64,000 nt of DNA from a virus: IMG/VR virus record IMGVR_UViG_3300031088_000759; one strand, written 5' to 3'. Below are positions 10,058 to 19,312 of the stretch, piece after piece. How positions within the stretch are numbered: position 1 is the stretch's first letter; every line of letters starts with the position of its first letter. The notes under the pieces are model-generated. The model ran no database searches and was not told the DNA's origin. It worked only from the letters and a program-made list of their open reading frames with translations. A program made the translations under genes and the position numbers.

Positions 10058-11248
10058 TCAAATCAAATTAGCTAACAGACTAAATGGAATGCTACTTATT
10101 GAGCTTTCTGGTTTAGACCACTCAATAATATCTTGTAAATTATCACTCACATAAAAAGCAGCAAGATCTTTATCGTATTTAGATTCATTAACAATAAACT
10201 CACAGAATTGAGAAAACTTTTCTTCATTCCCTCGCATCAACATGAACAAAAAAGCATAAAAATGGTAATCGCCAAAAACACTCTTATACGGATTATTATA
10301 AGAAGAGGCGTTTTTATCATAAACTTTAAGAACTTGAAAACTTTTTTCAAACAACTCTAAAAACTTTTCCTCCTCAAAGCATGTATGATCAATATTGTAC
10401 TTATCCACAAAATCACGCAATTTTGGCAACTCATCAATATATAAAACATCTCTGGATGACTGGTCTAAACATTCATACAATTCATTGTCAAAGTCAGTCA
10501 AAGAGAGGAAAGCAGTTAGTTCGGCAACTGAAACATTCTCATAACCTTTTAACGCAATTCTTAAACTATCAGCCCTGTTCTGAAAACTCCAATCATAATT
10601 GTCTTGATTATGGTTATTATAGAAGTACATATAATCTTGAAGTTTTTTAAGATGTTTAGCACTTTTTATAGTTTCATGTTGTGCTGATTTCTCTTTCAAA
10701 AAACTATTCTTAGGAGAATCATGAAAAGTTTTAGAAGAATCGAGATTAGCGAATAGACTGCTTATTTGATTAACGTTTACAAACTCTTTAGCATCTGTAC
10801 AAGCAACATCATTAATTGAAAACTTATTAAATGGATCTAAAACTCTTCTTATTGGCTGTTCGTAATCTTCAATTCTTTCATGTAGTAGATACTGATCAAT
10901 AATGTATGGATTGAAAAAACGAACGTTGGTCAATAACACTAAAATAATGAATTTCATAGCAGTATTATCACTTTTATGATCCAGGGTATATTCAAAGTTT
11001 TTCAAAGTTTCGGCATCATCAACAATTGCGCCGCTTGGACGGTCAAAACAAGAATGTCCTCGAAAAAGAGATAAGTCCACCTGTTCTAAAAGCTTTATGA
11101 GTTTTTCTTTATAAGGGCGTGTTAAATCTTTGTAGATATTGAACACAATATTACTCGTCCATGAGTCACCTTCATAAACTGCTTTTAAAACAATGTTGTC
11201 ATCCTCCAAGAAGACTTCATTCTTGTTCTTCAGGTAATATTTCGTCAT
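10058..11248 (-). CDS. Hypothetical protein, about 396 aa; C-terminal 'PF motif' family
   Basis: Start reassigned to MTKYYLK (AAAGG SD); HFYAFLFMLM...KFSQF segment; ends EWSKPESSISSIPFSLLANLI. Confidence 0.78.
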   Translation of the reverse strand: MTKYYLKNKNEVFLEDDNIVLKAVYEGDSWTSNIVFNIYKDLTRPYKEKLIKLLEQVDLSLFRGHSCFDRPSGAIVDDAETLKNFEYTLDHKSDNTAMKFIILVLLTNVRFFNPYIIDQYLLHERIEDYEQPIRRVLDPFNKFSINDVACTDAKEFVNVNQISSLFANLDSSKTFHDSPKNSFLKEKSAQHETIKSAKHLKKLQDYMYFYNNHNQDNYDWSFQNRADSLRIALKGYENVSVAELTAFLSLTDFDNELYECLDQSSRDVLYIDELPKLRDFVDKYNIDHTCFEEEKFLELFEKSFQVLKVYDKNASSYNNPYKSVFGDYHFYAFLFMLMRGNEEKFSQFCEFIVNESKYDKDLAAFYVSDNLQDIIEWSKPESSISSIPFSLLANLI

Positions 11249-11307
11249 ATTATTTAACCTTTTGTCTATCCTCTTTCTACTACATTTCACTCTAATTGTA
11301 GTAGTGT

Positions 11308-11616
11308 TTAAAAATTTTTGTAATCTTCTATTTTTAGCGGAAAATACATTGAAAATGGTATGTTTAGTTCTTCTGCTTTCCAGTCTTCAACTAAATCGTA
11401 AAGATTATATTCAAACAAGTCGCAATTCTGTCTATGTGCAACAGAAACAATTTCTAAAATCTCTTCTTGATTATTCAATTTATTCATAATCTTTGTCATT
11501 TTAATGCGATTCACAGCAGCGTAGAGACAAACATCACCATTTAGGTTGTCTTTAATGATTTTAAAATAATGACCAATATTTGAGACGAATTGTTCTTTTG
11601 TGATTGTTTCATTCAT
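11308..11616 (-). CDS. Hypothetical protein, 102 aa; C-terminal 'PF motif' family
   Basis: ORF; contains EDWKAEELNIPFSMYF near its end. Confidence 0.65.
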   Translation of the reverse strand: MNETITKEQFVSNIGHYFKIIKDNLNGDVCLYAAVNRIKMTKIMNKLNNQEEILEIVSVAHRQNCDLFEYNLYDLVEDWKAEELNIPFSMYFPLKIEDYKNF

Positions 11617-11646
11617 TGTCTTGTCTTTCTTTTTGTAAGAATTACA

Positions 11647-12513
11647 TCAACTTTTCTCGGCTACAATAATCATGTTGCTTGAAGGGTATGCAATAGGGTT
11701 GCCGTTACTGTCAAATAGTTCGATAAGGTGCTCCAGGTTTTTAGGGTAACCTGGTTGGAGATATTCTTCGGCATATGGAATTTTCCAACCATTATTTGCC
11801 AAAGAATTTTTGTAATCATTGAGTGTCATGATTCCATAGAATTCTTGTGATTCACGGGGGAGGCTGTCCCAACCCCAGGTGTATGTGTATATAAGCTCCA
11901 TGATAGAACTCATATCCGCTTCAACTGTAAAATCTCCAAGCATGTCATAATGAACCTTTCCGAAAGAAGCTTCTTTAGGATTATGGAAAGGTGCTTTGTG
12001 AACATACTCATTCAAGAATTTCATTCCATCAGGTGTTTTAAATTTCAAGAAGAACTTTTCATAATAATTTGAAGGTGCAACTCCATCACGAATGATCAAG
12101 TGACCTTTTGGCTTTAGAAGTTTTTTGAAAATATCCATCATATCCATAATATTTTTCAGCTGGTAAGGTTCATGCTCATCATCACCGTATGAGTATACTT
12201 CGTGAAAAATCGAAGAGCACACAATGTTTGTGAAACTTTCAGTTTCAAAATGATGCAAAAGATTATTACCCATTGACTCTACTGTTTCAATTTTTGGGTA
12301 GAGACTATTGATTCGCTTGATAGCCTGAGCTGAGCCATCAACAGCAACAACTTCACGTCCTGTATGACGAATTGTTTCAGCTAGGTCACCACCACCTGCA
12401 CCAAAATCCATGACTTTTCCAGATGGTGTCAAATATTCCATAACTCGCGCTTTGTCCCCTATGGAAGCCATCATTCGATCAAAATAAATTTTATTATGGC
12501 TTTCTTGAATCAT
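11647..12513 (-). CDS. Class I SAM-dependent methyltransferase, substrate unknown
   Basis: VMDFGAGGG motif I, VVAVDGS, IVCSSIFHEVYSY, LKPKGHLIIRDG. Confidence 0.8.
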   Translation of the reverse strand: MIQESHNKIYFDRMMASIGDKARVMEYLTPSGKVMDFGAGGGDLAETIRHTGREVVAVDGSAQAIKRINSLYPKIETVESMGNNLLHHFETESFTNIVCSSIFHEVYSYGDDEHEPYQLKNIMDMMDIFKKLLKPKGHLIIRDGVAPSNYYEKFFLKFKTPDGMKFLNEYVHKAPFHNPKEASFGKVHYDMLGDFTVEADMSSIMELIYTYTWGWDSLPRESQEFYGIMTLNDYKNSLANNGWKIPYAEEYLQPGYPKNLEHLIELFDSNGNPIAYPSSNMIIVAEKS

Positions 12514-12560
12514 TAGATACCTCTTTTATTTTTTATGAAAATGTTCTATAACTACTATAC

Positions 12561-12600
12561 TGTGAAAAAATGTGGAGAACTATGTGGATTTTGTGGATAA
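12561..12600. promoter_or_regulatory. Cluster of four co-oriented DnaA-box-like 9-mers
   Basis: tgtgaaaaa (12561), tgtggagaa (12571), tgtggattt (12583), tgtggataa (12592; a perfect TTATCCACA on the minus strand); intergenic. Confidence 0.5.
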
Positions 12601-12680
12601 CGCTAAGATAGAAACCACTATATAAAGTAATAGCGCACAAAACATACTTAAATATTGTGCGCTATTACTTTGTCAAACGG

Positions 12681-12935
12681 TCAATCCTTTACTGGACGCT
12701 CAGAGTTGTTGAACTCCAGAATGTCTACAATGATTGCTCGCATAGGCCCTGGAATATCCATGTTCTCAGCAACCTCTACCAGATGCTTGATTGAAGCACT
12801 CCAGCCTGCGATAAATGCGTCAGTTTCTGCAATCTCATCAGAGCTATCCCCATAAACAGGATTCAGTGGCTCAGCTAGATACTCCTGCAGAGCCTTATCA
12901 GCAAATTCAGTACGCTCAGTAATGTTCTCAGCCAT
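12681..12935 (-). CDS. Hypothetical acidic protein, 84 aa
   Basis: AAGGAG SD; TTGCTA-N17-TATTAT promoter upstream; GC-richer than flanks. Confidence 0.75.
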   Translation of the reverse strand: MAENITERTEFADKALQEYLAEPLNPVYGDSSDEIAETDAFIAGWSASIKHLVEVAENMDIPGPMRAIIVDILEFNNSERPVKD

Positions 12936-13031
12936 AATATTCTCCTTGATATGTTCTACTGTCTTATGACTACATAATAACAGAAAAAATAAATATTAGC
13001 AAGCTTTTGTAATATATCTTATAAGCATATA

Positions 13032-14309
13032 TCAAATATCCACATTGTTAAGATTAGCCAAATACATGATAGGAACAGAAGTCTTCATATGGTCAACAAT
13101 CAAATTGCGCAACTCTTGATTTTTAGGCGAAATTAAACGCGCTTTCCAATCATTAGCAAAATAGCTCCATGACCAAGAGTAGCTATTTGAAACCTTTTTT
13201 GATGATTGATCAAAAACAGATTCAATTTCTTGGACAACATGCATAAAGTGAACTTCGGATTCTATGGAAACAAAGAGATATGCCAAAAGCATCAAATAAG
13301 CCCAATCAACTACTTTCTGCTCGTTGATATGACTCGAACGTTCAAAAATGATTTTGTCATAATTAACGTTTACTACTTGCTCAAACTTTTCAAACTCTTC
13401 TGAAGTGAGGTAGAACGTCTTATAAGGTTCACCCTGATCAGCAAAAACCACTTTATCTTTAACAACTCTATCAGTGATAAAGCGTATCATCTCCTTCGGG
13501 AGCTTAGGAAGAAAAGAAACCCCGTAGAAAGCAACAAAGCTTTTCTTATCCAGATTGAATGAACTCTCCTCAGTAGACTTGCTCATAGTGTCATAAGAAT
13601 TCCTTAAAGCTTGGATTTCGCTTTTTTCCATTTCTCTTTTTAACGGAACAAAACCTTTTTCGTACGCTTCACCTAATGTATCAGCAGCTCCAGCATAAAG
13701 CGCTGTTACGGCATGAACATTTTTGAATTCAACTTCTTTTTTAATACTGATTGACACATTTTTAGACAAGAAAAAAGGAGCAGTATAATATTCGGATTCT
13801 TCTAAGGTAAGAGGAGCATAATCTTCTGGTTCCACTTGATTTTGTAAAATGTCTTCAAATATGGCTGCATATCCCTCTCTTGTCAAGCGATTATAATGCG
13901 AAAGAACACTTGACAGAATGCACCATTTTTTAATGTCTGAAAGATCTTTTCTGTCAACAATTTGATACAGAAATTCTCTGTTGAAATCATTCTCATAGCT
14001 AAGTTTGCGAGGTTTCTGGGCCATATTGTCTACTGTTAACCCATTGAAGCGTGCAAAAGCGTCAAACAAATCAATGAATTTATGTAGATAACCAGTGTCA
14101 TATTCTGTACCAAGCTTGCCAATGGTTGCTAATAGTCTACAACCGTTTTGATGGTCTGATTTCTTTGCGGAAAACTTAGCAACGTGGAAGTTTTGCTCAG
14201 GATAAGATTCACTAGTTCCATGTATCTCTACAGCTTGAGTGTCATAAATATCAATAGTGTAGCCTTTGTAAGAAAAGGTTTCTACTATTTGACGATTTTT
14301 CTTAGTCAT
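13032..14309 (-). CDS. Hypothetical protein, 425 aa; probable C-terminal 'PF motif' family
   Basis: Long ORF; ends DHMKTSVPIMYLANLNN. Confidence 0.78.
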   Translation of the reverse strand: MTKKNRQIVETFSYKGYTIDIYDTQAVEIHGTSESYPEQNFHVAKFSAKKSDHQNGCRLLATIGKLGTEYDTGYLHKFIDLFDAFARFNGLTVDNMAQKPRKLSYENDFNREFLYQIVDRKDLSDIKKWCILSSVLSHYNRLTREGYAAIFEDILQNQVEPEDYAPLTLEESEYYTAPFFLSKNVSISIKKEVEFKNVHAVTALYAGAADTLGEAYEKGFVPLKREMEKSEIQALRNSYDTMSKSTEESSFNLDKKSFVAFYGVSFLPKLPKEMIRFITDRVVKDKVVFADQGEPYKTFYLTSEEFEKFEQVVNVNYDKIIFERSSHINEQKVVDWAYLMLLAYLFVSIESEVHFMHVVQEIESVFDQSSKKVSNSYSWSWSYFANDWKARLISPKNQELRNLIVDHMKTSVPIMYLANLNNVDI

Positions 14310-14412
14310 GCCATAAACCCCTGAAAATTAGTATGTTTTGCTCCATGATATAGTACAAGTTCCACATTGTCAAATCTTCAATCTTGGTTTAACAGTTCAA
14401 GACAATAAAAGT

Positions 14413-14465
14413 ATAAAGAGCTGGGACCAACAATTAGATTGAACTTGTTGGTCCCAGCTCTTTAT
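14413..14465 (-). terminator. Long-stem terminator-like hairpin
   Basis: Perfect 21-bp IR, 11-nt loop, downstream of hsp20. Confidence 0.7.
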
Positions 14466-14479
14466 TATGAAAAACTAAA

Positions 14480-15034
14480 TCACATAAGAATTGATTTTCG
14501 AACATCTATGTTAATTCTCTTCTTCTTGTCCTCTTCTTCAAAAGGAACGAGTAGAGTTAAGATGCCCTTATCTAGTGAAGCGCTAATTTTTTCTTCACTG
14601 ATTTTTCTTGTGCCTAAATCAATTCTACGTTCTAAACGTTTGTGAGTGCTTCGCTCTTGAACTAAGTTGCGAGTATTCTCCTCTTTGCCTTGAACTTCTT
14701 GTGATTCAGCTTTTTCTTCTGATTCAGAGGTTTTATTCTTTTCGAGTTCTGAATCTTTATCATTGTCTGTTGTGTCAGCTTTGTCAAACGTTTCCGTATG
14801 TTCAGCAACAATATGCAAAACGTTATCCTCTATGGAAACATCTACATCTTCTACATCAAACCCTGGAAGGTCTGTTTTAATGATGTATTGTTTACTGTCT
14901 TCATCAACATCTATCGCTAAGGAGCGTGTTAGATTGAAGAAGAAAGGTGGATTGTATAAAAAACGCTCAGGACGAGCTGACATTATTTGACGTGCTGGTG
15001 AAAAAATATCGAGAAAGTTGTTCATATTAATCAT
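14480..15034 (-). CDS. Small heat shock protein (Hsp20/alpha-crystallin family)
   Basis: IDVDEDSKQYIIKTDLPGFDVEDVDVSIEDNVLHI, ERRIDL, ISASLDKGILTLLVP, RINIDV; acidic insertion in the middle; start could be MNNF. Confidence 0.88.
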   Translation of the reverse strand: MINMNNFLDIFSPARQIMSARPERFLYNPPFFFNLTRSLAIDVDEDSKQYIIKTDLPGFDVEDVDVSIEDNVLHIVAEHTETFDKADTTDNDKDSELEKNKTSESEEKAESQEVQGKEENTRNLVQERSTHKRLERRIDLGTRKISEEKISASLDKGILTLLVPFEEEDKKKRINIDVRKSILM

Positions 15035-15177
15035 CTCCCATGTTCGTTATTTTCGTATTAACCAGAAAATCAACAATTTCATATTCTATTAATTAATAAA
15101 TTACAGAATTGTTGATTAGAATTATATATCAAAACAATAAAAGAACTAAATTTATTTCATACTAAAAGTGAAATAAA

Positions 15178-15336
15178 TTACATTAATCGACTTGAACGTT
15201 CTTTAACTAATCTCATTTGCTCTAACTGCACATGATTAGTATCTTGTCGAACTGACATAGCAATCTCTACAGGTGCATCAGCCATATTATTGAAAAAAGT
15301 ATTCACCTTTTTCATAAAAGAAACAACTTTATTCAT
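15178..15336 (-). CDS. Small hypothetical protein, 52 aa (not in ORF track)
   Basis: Hand translation MNKVVSFMKKVNTFFNNMADAPVEIAMSVRQDTNHVQLEQMRLVKERSSRLM; AAGGATGG upstream. Confidence 0.5.
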   Translation of the reverse strand: MNKVVSFMKKVNTFFNNMADAPVEIAMSVRQDTNHVQLEQMRLVKERSSRLM

Positions 15337-15480
15337 TTCATCCATCCTTTTTAAATATACTTATTGAAACATTAGATAGACACCGTTGTCTCTAAAATAC
15401 CTACTACTAAGTATATCACATATAAAGCTCAAAAAGCCTGTTTAAAAGGGGTTTTTGTGAGTAAACTTACAAAACTTGAA

Positions 15481-16215
15481 TCAGAACATCTTATTGAAGT
15501 ACTCAGGTGGAACAACCCACATGTTTTCCATTTCATCATCCATTCCTATCACAATACCACTGAAACTTTTGCTCCCGGCAACTCGTGCTGCAGCAAACCT
15601 ATGATTACCATCAATCACATAAGCATTTCCTTTATGTACTAAAACTCTCATAAGACTTGGAGGGTGCCCTTCATCCTCATCATCATAAACAGTAATACTA
15701 TCTGTCTCACCCGTATGAGCATAATAATTGACTAAATCTTCTGAAACGAATTTTTGAACAGTATGTAAAGGAACATTTGTGGAATACCCTTCTCTCACAT
15801 CTTCCACATCAAATTCATCAAATAATTCATCTAATTGTTCAAAACGATAAAAAACACTACCATCATCATTCGTCTCAATATACGCCGTATCATGCTCAGG
15901 AGAAGCAAAAACGATTCCATAATCATCGCTTTGTTTTTCAAAGACATATTCAAAATCTTCTTCATAATACTTATCCAAAGAAAAATCTTCAGGAAGTGAT
16001 AATGTTTTTTCAACATTTGCCTCACGAGAATAGTCTCTTCTATCATTGTGTAAGCTGAACAATATTTGAGAATTCTGTGCTTCTTCATATGCTACTCTAG
16101 CTTCTTCAATAGTTGAATAATGTTCTTCACTGCTTAATTTATACTTACATCCGCCATCTTTTTTAGCTACGCATATGCCAGGATCACCATTTGGTTTGAT
16201 ATGATATTTCTTCAT
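15481..16215 (-). CDS. HCCH-module protein with ParB/Srx-like C-terminal domain
   Basis: N-term KYHIKPNGDPGICVAKKDGGCKYKLSSEEHYSTIEEARVAYE; C-term VLVHKGNAYVIDGNHRFAAARVAG. Confidence 0.75.
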   Translation of the reverse strand: MKKYHIKPNGDPGICVAKKDGGCKYKLSSEEHYSTIEEARVAYEEAQNSQILFSLHNDRRDYSREANVEKTLSLPEDFSLDKYYEEDFEYVFEKQSDDYGIVFASPEHDTAYIETNDDGSVFYRFEQLDELFDEFDVEDVREGYSTNVPLHTVQKFVSEDLVNYYAHTGETDSITVYDDEDEGHPPSLMRVLVHKGNAYVIDGNHRFAAARVAGSKSFSGIVIGMDDEMENMWVVPPEYFNKMF

Positions 16216-16280
16216 GTAGTATTCTCCAATAAAACCTTTTAATAAATGGTTTTTCTAAAAAGCCCAAGAAAGAAAACACA

Positions 16281-16721
16281 GTGAAAACATTACAAATTGA
16301 AACTCCTACTTATGATAGAATTAGAAAAGTTTTTTCTATTATTTACGGAACAGTATTAGCAATTATCTCAGTATATTTATTTCTTATACTCAGCAGCTCA
16401 GGTGAATTCATCAGCTTGAAAACTCTTACCATTATTCTCATAACGCTTATCGTAGGAACAGTAATCCCATATTCAACTTATAGAATTTTAGATAATGCAA
16501 TACATCATGATAAGAACAATTCGCTTCTTGAATATGCCCAACAATTAGAAGCCAAATATAACGTAGCATTCGATAAGCCTCAAAGAGTTTATATTAATCA
16601 GGCAACTGTTTTTCAGAATAAAGAAACTGGAAAAAGATTTTGGGGTGTAGCTACTGTGGATGATGATGGAAAAACACCACTTTTGAAGACCATAGAAGAA
16701 TACAACCAACACTCTGAATGA
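16281..16721 (+). CDS. Membrane protein with 2 TM segments
   Basis: Two hydrophobic stretches; GTG start after AAGAAAG. Confidence 0.7.
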   Translation: MKTLQIETPTYDRIRKVFSIIYGTVLAIISVYLFLILSSSGEFISLKTLTIILITLIVGTVIPYSTYRILDNAIHHDKNNSLLEYAQQLEAKYNVAFDKPQRVYINQATVFQNKETGKRFWGVATVDDDGKTPLLKTIEEYNQHSE

Positions 16722-16833
16722 CTTATTACGTTTTCATTGCTGGAAAAATTTTCTTTTATTTGTTCTCTACGTCATGTCAAGGTTATCAAAAAAATTACGA
16801 TTCTTGATTTATGTCTTTTGCGGTCTATTATTA

Positions 16834-17805
16834 TCAAGTAGCTTTTGCTACAGCTCCCATGAATGTTATCAGACCAAAGATAGATTTAATAAGCAGTACT
16901 ATAATGAACAGAGGACCGTAATAAAGAGCTACCGGCACAAACCGAAAAACAGTCTTTCCAAATTTTTCCTCTTCTAAATATTCTTTTCCTATATTTTTTA
17001 TGTCTTTATGTCGAGAAACAAGCGCTGCTACGAATAAGGTCAATACGGACAATCCAGAGAGAAGGGTTGAAACTATTGTCAAATAAAATATAATGATTTG
17101 ATTATATGGGGTTTCTGGAATTTGTTCTATGCTACCTAAAAGAGGAACAGCATACTGCCAAGAAGCAGCTATGAATAAACCAATGATCAGACCCACTACT
17201 AAAGACAGAACTTTTGGTGTGTACCTGTATTTGTCCCACCACACTCGAACTGAATCAGGATACTCTTCGAGAAACACTTGCCAAGCAATTTTTGAATTAT
17301 GCTGGATCAACTGTGTCATTTCTGGTCTTACACGTTTAGCTCCATCACCGTATTCAAGAATTACTTTTCCTTTGTGTTTCTCTGGTGGTTCTATCCTATA
17401 CTTTGATCTCTTAGGCAGCTTTGCTTTTTGAGGTTTAGGCTTTTTCTCTTTCTTCTTCTGGTTGTTTTCAAAAGTAGATGTTTTTTCCTCATCAGACGAA
17501 TAATCTTGTTCTATATTTGAAGCATTCTGAGCGTTCATCAATTCTCTGTCACGGGCACTATCTACATGTTCCTGGCTCTCGCGTCCATAGCTGCCCTCTG
17601 AGGCGGTTCTCGATGGGTTTACGGGTGTTTGAGTAGCATCCGCATTAAAACCTCTCTGAGAAGGCCCCAGGGGTGTTCTAACAGGGTTTTGAGTAGGCAA
17701 ACCAGAGTTGCTTTGCAGGGAAACGTTTTCAACCTCATCATCATAATTCAAGAACTCTTCAAAGTCAGGTAGAGCATCATCTTTCTCAGTCATAAAAGCA
17801 TCCAT
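16834..17805 (-). CDS. Membrane protein with disordered acidic/polar N-terminus and about 3 C-terminal TM segments
   Basis: Low-complexity N-half; hydrophobic C-terminal helices. Confidence 0.72.
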   Translation of the reverse strand: MDAFMTEKDDALPDFEEFLNYDDEVENVSLQSNSGLPTQNPVRTPLGPSQRGFNADATQTPVNPSRTASEGSYGRESQEHVDSARDRELMNAQNASNIEQDYSSDEEKTSTFENNQKKKEKKPKPQKAKLPKRSKYRIEPPEKHKGKVILEYGDGAKRVRPEMTQLIQHNSKIAWQVFLEEYPDSVRVWWDKYRYTPKVLSLVVGLIIGLFIAASWQYAVPLLGSIEQIPETPYNQIIIFYLTIVSTLLSGLSVLTLFVAALVSRHKDIKNIGKEYLEEEKFGKTVFRFVPVALYYGPLFIIVLLIKSIFGLITFMGAVAKAT

Positions 17806-18106
17806 TTCTTAAGCAGAATATAATATATTGGCATACTTCAAATATCACAGTTTCTTTTACGGGTTCTCTGAAAATGTAAAAAGCTTAACCGACAAGCTTA
17901 TTTACATACCATGTAAGATTCAAATGTGAAGAAAGTGTGAAAACAGTCAAAAAAGGTTGTAATAATTTTAAAAAACGGATCTAAAAAATTAAAATAGAAC
18001 ACAACAAGACAATGAGATAAGCTGTTATGCTTCAAGAAAGTTCGATTTGTACTGCAACAATCAATTGTATTATTGTCGAGTTGGATTCAAGAATTTCTTC
18101 TACTAA

Positions 18107-19234
18107 TTAGTTATTATTGTCTTTATTCTTCGTAGGCATCTCAAATGTCCCTAACGATTGTATAGTCTGTTCAATAAAATTAACATCATCTTCATCTAAT
18201 CGGTATTTTTCAATTAATTGCTGATTTATTTCTTCTGTGCTTTTTGTGAAATCAATTTCAGAGTTATCGTTAGAGTACTTTTCCAAAAGAGGAACGTTAA
18301 CTCCAAAGTTCTTTATTCTTCGAGAGGATGACAGTATTAACGTTCTTATGATTGGTGTACTCATCCATTTCATAAAGTTTTTTGCTGTTGTTTCATCATT
18401 GAATTTTGCTACACCAAATCTACAATCACCGAATATTTCTCCTGGTTTAAAAATGTGCGCTTGTTGAGACCTTCCTCCGTATCCAGCAGCATTTCTAGGG
18501 CTAATAGCAATAACATAATCATTGATAGTTTCGGAATTCCTTTTTACATCTTTGGTGGGAATCCAGAACCAGTTCACTCTACCACCTTTTCCTGACGATG
18601 ATAAAGCTAACGTTCTTACGTAATAAGGTTCTTGGTCATAATCAGTATCTTCTATATGTGTAGTAGATTCTTGAATGTAACGACTATGTATTCCATAAAA
18701 AGAGCTACTTAAAAGTAAATCCGACAAAAATTGAGGTTGAGGTTCTTCAAATAGTTTTTCTTTTTTGCTAACGTGTTTATCTTTATTCCAATGAGTACAC
18801 ATGACTTTTTCTACGAGAGTGTTCATACGATTAGAAGTGGATACAGTTCTTGGGTAAAGATTATTAATAAAAATACTAGAATAGTATCCGTCCATCTCCC
18901 GCGAAGAAATATTGATAAGGTTATTATTGGTTATAGTATTATCTGTTTCAACAATGCTTATTCCACCGTGTAGAGCAATAGTTTCAAAAACATAATTAGC
19001 ATCTTCGTAAACAGTAATACTTTTGATGTTTTGAGATTTTAATTGATTATCAGAAAACTCATCAAAACCAGAGCCTTTACCAGATTTGTTCATCCATTTA
19101 TCAGCAGGATATATAAGAGAGGTTTTTTTGCCTACTAGATCACTGAATTTTTGGAAATGATGAAAAATAGCAGAGTTAGCTTTGTCTTGATAAGGTGGAT
19201 TACTGAAAACATAATCAAATTTTTTACTTTTCAT
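18107..19234 (-). CDS. Eco57I-like adenine methyltransferase C-terminal half (NPPY motif IV + TRD), lacking motif I
   Basis: Begins MKSKKFDYVFSNPPYQ; VFETIALHGGISIV; no FxGxG-like motif in the ORF. Confidence 0.72.
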   Translation of the reverse strand: MKSKKFDYVFSNPPYQDKANSAIFHHFQKFSDLVGKKTSLIYPADKWMNKSGKGSGFDEFSDNQLKSQNIKSITVYEDANYVFETIALHGGISIVETDNTITNNNLINISSREMDGYYSSIFINNLYPRTVSTSNRMNTLVEKVMCTHWNKDKHVSKKEKLFEEPQPQFLSDLLLSSSFYGIHSRYIQESTTHIEDTDYDQEPYYVRTLALSSSGKGGRVNWFWIPTKDVKRNSETINDYVIAISPRNAAGYGGRSQQAHIFKPGEIFGDCRFGVAKFNDETTAKNFMKWMSTPIIRTLILSSSRRIKNFGVNVPLLEKYSNDNSEIDFTKSTEEINQQLIEKYRLDEDDVNFIEQTIQSLGTFEMPTKNKDNNN

Positions 19235-19312
19235 CTTTTCCTCTTATACATATAATATAACTTATATAACTTTTTATATTGATTAAACATAATTAATATT
19301 GTTTTTAGCTTA

